DNA from: Clostridia bacterium
GTDB taxonomy: Bacteria > Bacillota > Clostridia > Christensenellales > Aristaeellaceae
DNA: 64,000 nt
Reading direction: 5' to 3'
Assembly: GCA_017463245.1 (NCBI GenBank)
Contig: JAFTPN010000017.1
Span: 88,422-152,421 of the forward strand
Position numbers and translations under genes: made by a program
The notes under the pieces: model-generated
Databases searched by the model: none
Told to the model about the DNA's origin: nothing
What the model saw: only the letters and a program-made list of their open reading frames with translations
Shown: in pieces, positions 58,902-64,000 of the stretch
How the letters are laid out: every line of letters begins with the position of its first letter
Position numbering within the stretch: the first letter of the stretch is position 1

Positions 58902-59663
58902 ATGGAGATCACCTGGCAGATGTTCCTCATCGTGTGTCCGCTGGCCTTCCTGGCTGGCTTTGTGGACAGCGTGGCCGGCGGCGGAGGGCTGATCAGCCTG
59001 CCTGCGTATTACCTGGCGGGGCTGCCGCCGGTGCTGGCGGCGGGAACCAACAAGCTCTCGGCCTGTTTGGGTACGCTGGCGGCTTCCATCCGCTTCATTC
59101 ATGGCGGGTGGGTGCAGCTCACCGTGGCGGTGCTGGCGGCGCTGGGGGCTTTTCCCGGCAGCTGGCTGGGCACCACGGTGCTGCAGCTGATCCCGGAGAA
59201 TGTGATCCGCGTGATGATGATCGCCGCCATTCCCCTGGTGGCGCTGGTGGTGCTGCGCAAGGGCAAGGAGATGCAGGGCGTGTGCCGCATCCCGGCCAGG
59301 TGGTTCCGGGCGGTGAGCTTCCTCATCGGCTTTGTGGTGGGCTTCTATGATGGCCTGGTGGGGCCTGGCACCGGCACCTTCCTGATCCTGCTTTTCACCA
59401 TGCTGCTGGGCATGGAGGCCGTTACCGCCAGCGGCACGGCCAAGCTGGTGAACCTGGCCAGCAATGTGGCCTCGCTGGTGACGCTGCTGTTTGCGGGCAA
59501 GGTGCTCATCGGCCTGGGCATTCCTGTGGCGCTGTTCGCCATTGGCGGCAATTACCTGGGCGCGGGCATGACCATCCGCAAGGGCACCGGGTTCATCCGG
59601 GGCATGCTGATGGTGGTGCTGGCACTGCTGCTTGCCAAGATGGTGCTGGATGTGGTATCATAA
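58902..59663 (+). CDS. TSUP-family (TauE/SafE) membrane transporter
   Basis: Trimmed to ATG 58902 (MEITWQMFLIVCPLAFLAGFVDSVAGGGGLISLPAY...). Polytopic, with a repeated G-rich motif (FYDGLVGPGTGTFL). Confidence 0.8.
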   Translation: MEITWQMFLIVCPLAFLAGFVDSVAGGGGLISLPAYYLAGLPPVLAAGTNKLSACLGTLAASIRFIHGGWVQLTVAVLAALGAFPGSWLGTTVLQLIPENVIRVMMIAAIPLVALVVLRKGKEMQGVCRIPARWFRAVSFLIGFVVGFYDGLVGPGTGTFLILLFTMLLGMEAVTASGTAKLVNLASNVASLVTLLFAGKVLIGLGIPVALFAIGGNYLGAGMTIRKGTGFIRGMLMVVLALLLAKMVLDVVS

Positions 59664-59693
59664 TAAGTCAAGAAGAGGAAGGAGGCTGCCCGC

Positions 59694-60089
59694 ATGATGG
59701 AGCAGACCCAGCAGGATATTTCCCTGCGCGTACCCGGTGAAATGGCTTATGCTTTGGTGATCCGCACCGCATTGGGCGGCGTGGCCATCCTGAAGGACTT
59801 GACTGTGGATCAGATGGACGATCTGCGCACCGCTGCTGACGAGGCCTGCGACTGCCTGCTGCATCAGGGGCGTCCGGTGGCGGCCATCAACGTCCGCGTA
59901 ACGGACAGGGGCGAGAAGATCACCGTGAGCCTGGAGGCAGAGTTCTCCGGCTGCAAGGAGGGCGAATGTGCCGACCAGACGGCCATTTCCCAGGCGGTGC
60001 TGGAGACTCTGGTGCCGGAGGTGGCGCTGACGGCTGGCGAGTGCGGCTGTATTCAGCGCATCGACCTGACCATGCACCGCACGGTGTGA
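59694..60089 (+). CDS. SpoIIAB-like anti-sigma factor homolog, apparently degenerate in ATP-binding motifs
   Basis: 131 aa, immediately upstream of a SigB/F/G-type sigma gene. ISLRVPGEMAYALVIRTALGGVAILKDLTVDQMDDLRTAADEACDCLLH parallels the N-terminal helices of SpoIIAB/RsbW. It has EACDC where the N-box has EAxxNA, and no DxGxG or GxGxG boxes are evident. Confidence 0.5.
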   Translation: MMEQTQQDISLRVPGEMAYALVIRTALGGVAILKDLTVDQMDDLRTAADEACDCLLHQGRPVAAINVRVTDRGEKITVSLEAEFSGCKEGECADQTAISQAVLETLVPEVALTAGECGCIQRIDLTMHRTV

Positions 60090-60099
60090 GGAGGCTGCC

Positions 60100-60852
60100 A
60101 TGAACGAGCTGTCCTTAACGCCGCTGCTGGAAAGCTATGCGCGCACGCCCTCGCCGGGGCTGATGGAGCAGCTGGTGGAAGGCTATCTGCCCCTGAGCCA
60201 TGCCATTGCCCGGCGCTTTATGGGGCACGGCGTGGAGCTGGAGGATCTCCAGCAGGTGGCGGCCATGGCGCTGATGAAGGCCATCCAGCGCTTTGAGCCG
60301 GAGCGGGGGCTGAAATTCTCTACCTTCGCTGCGCCCACCATCACGGGTGAGGTGCGCAACTACATCCGCGACAAGGGCTCCATCATGCGTATGAGCCGCG
60401 ACGCCCGCTCCCAGCTGTACCGGATGCAGCAGGTGCAGGATCGCCTGACCCAGCAGCTGCAGCGGGAACCCACCCTGCGCGAGGTGGCCGATGAGATGCA
60501 CGTTACCTACGACGAACTGCTCTCCTGGCTGGATCAGCGCGAGGCTACGGATGTGTCCTCTCTGAACGAAACCTTTTCTGATGATGACGAACGGGATCTG
60601 GAAGCCCGTCTGGGCGTGGCCGAGGGCGGCTACGAGCAGGTGGAACAGCGGGAATGGCTGAAGTGGGTCTTCAGCCAGGTGACGCCGGACGAGCGGCGGC
60701 TGCTGGAATTGCGGTTCATCCACCGCATGGGTCAGCGGGAAACTGCCCGCATGATGAACGTGAGCCAGATGCAGGTCTCCCGCATAGAGCGCCGGGTGCT
60801 TGCCCGCTTGCGGGAGCATACCGAGGACTGGCGCGCCTCCCGGGAATCCTGA
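60100..60852 (+). CDS. RNA polymerase sigma factor of the SigB/SigF/SigG subfamily
   Basis: 250 aa. Region 2 (DLQQVAAMALMKAIQRFEPERGLKFSTFAAPTITGEVRNYIRDKGSIMRMSR), region 3, and region 4 (RRLLELRFIHRMGQRETARMMNVSQMQVSRIERRVLARL). Confidence 0.85.
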   Translation: MNELSLTPLLESYARTPSPGLMEQLVEGYLPLSHAIARRFMGHGVELEDLQQVAAMALMKAIQRFEPERGLKFSTFAAPTITGEVRNYIRDKGSIMRMSRDARSQLYRMQQVQDRLTQQLQREPTLREVADEMHVTYDELLSWLDQREATDVSSLNETFSDDDERDLEARLGVAEGGYEQVEQREWLKWVFSQVTPDERRLLELRFIHRMGQRETARMMNVSQMQVSRIERRVLARLREHTEDWRASRES

Positions 60853-60883
60853 TTGCCTGATTGAATGGAAGGAGCTTATCTCC

Positions 60884-62104
60884 ATGTATCAAATGACGCC
60901 GCCACAGCCGCCCAAGCCCCCCAAGAAGAAGCTCAGCTTTTTTCAGATTTTGCTGATTGCCTCTGCCTTCGGCTTCTGCGGCTGGTATCTGTATACGGCG
61001 CTGGTGCCGGCTGCGGCCACCACCGCCACCATCACTGCCGGTACCCTGTCCGCCCGGTATGAGGGCGACTGCCTCATCGTCCGCGACGAAACGCCCTACG
61101 ACGCCGAGGGCGTGACCTCTGTGGACTACAAGGCGGAGGAGGGCAGCGTGGTGCAGCGCGGCTATGAGATCTGCCATGTGTATTCCTCCGGCTTCTCCAC
61201 CCGCGAGATGACTGCCCTGCAGGACTACCGCGACCAGATCCGCGATTATCAGATGCAGCTCATCAAGGCCGAGACCACCTACGATGCCCGCAAGGAGCGC
61301 GTGGAGAGCGATGTGCTTGCCCGCGCCAAGGAGGTGCGGGAGCTGATCAACGGCGCCCGGGGCAGCCTGAGCAACCAGGAAAAGCTGCTGGACGCCGCCA
61401 TCGACGCCCGCCAGCAGTACCTGAAGCAGAAGTATTCCTCCGACCAGCGCCTCAGCCGCCTCTACGACGACGAGCTGTCCCAGATGCAGCGCATCGACTC
61501 CTGGACCAAGCCCTATGCCGCCACGGCAGAGGCCATTGTCAGCTTCTATTCCGATGGCTATGAGTACGGACTGAACGCCACCAACTACGCCACCTTCACC
61601 CCGGCGGAGGTTCGCGCCATGTACAATGGCCTGAAGCCGGAGAAGTCCACCATCCAGAAGGGCAAGACCACCATTTACCGCACCGTGAAGGACGGCGCGT
61701 GGAACGTGCTTTTCCTGGTGAAGGACACCACCTGGAACCCGGTGGAGGGGCAGACCTACGAATTGCAGATGGAGCGCTTTGAAAACACCACGGTGAACGC
61801 CACGGTGGAGTCCTTCACCCGCTCTGGCGGCGAGCTGCTGGTGCGGCTCTCCGTGCGGGATTCGGTGCAGCCTGTTTTGTACATGCGCACCTGCCAGGCT
61901 GTGCTGGGCGACTATATGTCCCAGCTGTGTGTGCCTTCCCGCGCCCTGATCCGCCAGGACGATACCGATGGCGTGGTGGTGGTGGACGGTACCAACCAGT
62001 CCTTCATCCCGGTGAACATCATCTTCCGCAATGGCGAGGATGTGTATATCTCCGCCATCCAGCAGGGACTCTTGTTTGAAGGGCAGACGGTGCTGCTGTT
62101 CTAA
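60884..62104 (+). CDS. HlyD-like membrane-fusion-type protein (N-terminal TM, coiled coil, beta-barrel)
   Basis: Trimmed to ATG 60884 after GGAAGGAG. TM segment FFQILLIASAFGFCGWYLYTALV, a central heptad-rich region (RDYQMQLIKAETTYDARKERVESDVLARAKEV..), and a beta-rich C-terminus. Assignment by architecture only. Confidence 0.45.
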   Translation: MYQMTPPQPPKPPKKKLSFFQILLIASAFGFCGWYLYTALVPAAATTATITAGTLSARYEGDCLIVRDETPYDAEGVTSVDYKAEEGSVVQRGYEICHVYSSGFSTREMTALQDYRDQIRDYQMQLIKAETTYDARKERVESDVLARAKEVRELINGARGSLSNQEKLLDAAIDARQQYLKQKYSSDQRLSRLYDDELSQMQRIDSWTKPYAATAEAIVSFYSDGYEYGLNATNYATFTPAEVRAMYNGLKPEKSTIQKGKTTIYRTVKDGAWNVLFLVKDTTWNPVEGQTYELQMERFENTTVNATVESFTRSGGELLVRLSVRDSVQPVLYMRTCQAVLGDYMSQLCVPSRALIRQDDTDGVVVVDGTNQSFIPVNIIFRNGEDVYISAIQQGLLFEGQTVLLF

Positions 62105-62138
62105 ATTCGGAATTCGGAATGCGGAATTCGGAATGGAG
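62104..62138 (+). repeat. isolated CGGAATK heptamer array forming the whole intergenic spacer and running into the yggS RBS
   Basis: AATTCGG AATTCGG AATGCGG AATTCGG AATGGAG. The array starts at the last base of the upstream TAA. The GGAGG of the last unit lies 7 nt before ATG 62147. Confidence 0.85.
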
Positions 62139-62146
62139 GTGTGAAT

Positions 62147-62833
62147 ATGGAGTTTCTTGAATTGAAAAACCGGGTGGAAACGGTGAGGGCGAATTTAGCG
62201 AACGCATCGGAGGGAAAGTACCCCGCACCGAAGCTGATCGCGGTGACAAAGACCCATCCCGTGGAGACCATCCTGCCCCTTTCAAAACTGGGTATTGTGG
62301 ATGTGGGGGAGAACAGAACACAAGAAATTGTGGAAAAAAGGAATTTTTTAAGAGAAAATTTTCAAATTCACCTCATTGGACGGTTGCAAAGTAACAAAGT
62401 TAAATATATAATAGATGATGTATGTTTGATCCATTCGCTGGACAGGTTATCCCTGGCGGAGGAGATCGACAGGCAGGCGCAGAAGCACAACCGTGTGATG
62501 CCTGTGCTGGTGCAGGTCTCCCCGGCGGGGGAGGAGCAGAAGGGCGGTATGCCGCCGGAAAATGTTCTTCCCTTCCTGCGTGAGGTATCCCGGATGCCCG
62601 GCCTGCACGTTCGCGGCCTGATGGCGGTGATGCCCAACACCCAGGACGAAGCCTATCTGTCCGGCCTTTTCGCGGATATGCGCACCCTGTTCGAGCGTCT
62701 CAGGGATGAGGCGGTGCAGGGCGTGGACATGGAGGAGCTTTCCATGGGCATGTCTGGCGATTATCTGCTGGCCGCCCGTCACGGTGCGACCATGGTTCGC
62801 GTGGGCAGCGCGCTTTTCGGCCCCCGAACCTGA
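62147..62833 (+). CDS. yggS: YggS/YlmE-family pyridoxal-phosphate homeostasis protein
   Basis: PLP-lysine context LIAVTKTHP. ..GENRTQE...HLIGRLQSNKVKY....IHSLDR..., ..GLMAVMP.. and ..LSMGMSGDY..A...GATMVRVGSALFG are all typical. Confidence 0.9.
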   Translation: MEFLELKNRVETVRANLANASEGKYPAPKLIAVTKTHPVETILPLSKLGIVDVGENRTQEIVEKRNFLRENFQIHLIGRLQSNKVKYIIDDVCLIHSLDRLSLAEEIDRQAQKHNRVMPVLVQVSPAGEEQKGGMPPENVLPFLREVSRMPGLHVRGLMAVMPNTQDEAYLSGLFADMRTLFERLRDEAVQGVDMEELSMGMSGDYLLAARHGATMVRVGSALFGPRT

Positions 62834-62863
62834 TGCAGGACTCAATGGTTGGGAGGATTTTCA

Positions 62864-63928
62864 ATGGCGTTTAAAGATTGGACGCAGTCCATTTGGGACA
62901 AGATCAAGGCCAGCAGCCCCTTTGGCCAGGCGGATGTGGAATCCAACATGGCCAACGGCGGCTTCAGCGGCTACAAGCCCAACACGGCCAAGCACCGTGC
63001 CATGCGTGAAACCATGCAGCACACGGCCATGGGCGATATGCCCCAGATGGATCCTATGATGACCGGCATGAACTGGGAACAGCCCCAGCAGGTGGAGCAG
63101 TCCACTGCCTTTGGCGGCTTTACCGGCATGGTGCCGCCCCAGGCCACCGGCTATCAGTCCACGGGCTACCAGCCTACCGGCTATCAGCAGCCCATGAACA
63201 GCTATACCAATGTGCAGCAGCCGGTGATGGGCTACCAGCCCACGGGATACCAGCAGCCCATGAACACCTGGCAGGAGCAGCCCCAGCAGCCCTATGTGGA
63301 TCCCATGGCGGGCAACCAGTTCGGCGCTCCCCAGCAGGGCATGAACTTTGGCAACACGGTGCAGTTCCCCGGCGCGCAGCAGGGCGGCCAGTTTGCTCCC
63401 CAGCAGAACCAGCCCCCGGTGCCCCAGCCCAATAATATCAGCTATATGCCCGGCAATTTCGTGGGCGAGGACGGCACGGCCTACAGCCATTGCGAGCGCA
63501 TCGCCATGATCGCCAATGTGAGCATGTGCTACCGCATCATCGAGTTTATGCGCAACAACGAGTCCGTGATCGTCTCCACCGAGCAGATCACCGACGAGGC
63601 GGAAAACCAGCGCTGCCTGGACCTGCTCTACGGCGCGGCCTTCTCCATGAAGTGCTCCTTCACCCGCATTTCCGCCAAGAGCATCTACCTGGTGGCTCCC
63701 GGCTCGGTGATGGTGATCCCCTACAAGGCCGTTCGCCAGATGAGCGACCAGGACATCAACGCCCGCTGGCCTGAGCAGGAGCGCAACGATCGGCGCGACC
63801 GCTACGCCCCCCGCTCCGAAAACCGCTACGGCGCCCGCAGCCAGGGTTATGCCTATGGCCGACGGGACTACCAGCAGGATGACTACGCACCCTACGGCGG
63901 CTACAACGCCGTTGGCTATGGAAGATAA
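62864..63928 (+). CDS. sepF: cell-division protein SepF with long Q/P/Y/G-rich disordered regions
   Basis: ATG 62864 lies 6 nt after GGGAGGA. The SepF/DUF552 core is ..IAMIANVSMCYRIIEFMRNNESVIVSTEQITDEAENQRCLDLLYGAAFSMKCSFTRISAKSIYLVAPGSVMV... It sits between yggS and yggT, as in other Firmicutes. Confidence 0.8.
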   Translation: MAFKDWTQSIWDKIKASSPFGQADVESNMANGGFSGYKPNTAKHRAMRETMQHTAMGDMPQMDPMMTGMNWEQPQQVEQSTAFGGFTGMVPPQATGYQSTGYQPTGYQQPMNSYTNVQQPVMGYQPTGYQQPMNTWQEQPQQPYVDPMAGNQFGAPQQGMNFGNTVQFPGAQQGGQFAPQQNQPPVPQPNNISYMPGNFVGEDGTAYSHCERIAMIANVSMCYRIIEFMRNNESVIVSTEQITDEAENQRCLDLLYGAAFSMKCSFTRISAKSIYLVAPGSVMVIPYKAVRQMSDQDINARWPEQERNDRRDRYAPRSENRYGARSQGYAYGRRDYQQDDYAPYGGYNAVGYGR

Positions 63929-63948
63929 GGATTTGGAGGTACAAGAAC

Positions 63949-64000
63949 ATGGGTATTATTACTGGTCTGATCGATCTGGTGCTGATGGTTTTTGAGTTGG
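63949..64000 (+). CDS. yggT: YggT/YlmG-family membrane protein, 5' fragment (runs out of window)
   Basis: ATG 63949 lies 9 nt after GGAGG. MGIITGLIDLVLMVFEL is hydrophobic. The position after sepF matches the conserved ylm operon order. Confidence 0.55.
   Translation, partial: MGIITGLIDLVLMVFEL

Noticed and set aside
62104-62138. Clusters of GAATTC (EcoRI) sites in the heptamer arrays considered as restriction-modification related.
   Set aside because: The palindrome arises trivially from the AATTCGG repeat unit, and no R-M genes are nearby.
1-64000. tRNA, rRNA, tmRNA, RNase P or SRP RNA genes.
   Set aside because: I found no GGTTCGAATCC-type T-arm motifs and no rRNA-like stretches. All long non-coding stretches are accounted for by the repeat families, promoters and terminators. 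This was a by-eye scan, so a covariance-model search would be needed to be definitive.
1-64000. Prophage, IS element, integrative element or classical defence island (RM, CBASS, retron, TA).
   Set aside because: I recognised no integrase, transposase, reverse transcriptase, nuclease-NTPase pairs or phage structural genes. The helicases present (HelD-like, RecD2, Mfd) sit in housekeeping contexts with conserved neighbours (recD2-comF, pth-mfd).

Overview
High-GC, Clostridia-type chromosomal segment. The gene set and codon style resemble Oscillospiraceae/Ruminococcaceae gut anaerobes, but that placement is inference only. I support about 59 protein-coding genes. Most are housekeeping: proS behind a T-box leader, argS, mfd, pth, purR, recD2/comF, aspartate kinase, rqcH, and a yggS-sepF-yggT division cluster. 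There is also a glycan-use set (GH13, glgP, GH27, GH51, GH31, SGNH esterase), transporters (two ABC exporter half-pairs, an Fbp-type ABC importer, MATE, AI-2E, TSUP) and two sigma/anti-sigma pairs. I found no rRNA, tRNA, CRISPR array, transposase, integrase or prophage genes. The most unusual content is non-coding. Nearly every longer intergenic region is filled with modular GC-rich hairpin repeats belonging to at least four families. These are a 300-350 nt 'hairpin-train' mosaic headed by CGGAATK heptamer arrays, GTAG-headed REP hairpins that mostly occur as inverted doublets, a MITE-like element with 13-bp terminal inverted repeats, and a ~170 nt multi-hairpin element. Other items worth follow-up: a low-GC cassette inserted behind a GGGtGRT-family gene and flanked by a 56-bp duplication of that gene's 3' end; the uncharacterised IscU-like + GGGtGRT operon itself; a SigF/B-type sigma paired with an apparently degenerate SpoIIAB-like partner and no STAS protein; several small genes below the ORF-track cutoff (rubredoxin and two micro-ORFs around a PRC-barrel gene); a lipoprotein with a flavinylation motif; and a low-GC mosaic patch inside yggS. 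All calls come from reading the sequence and from remembered family motifs. No database searches were run.
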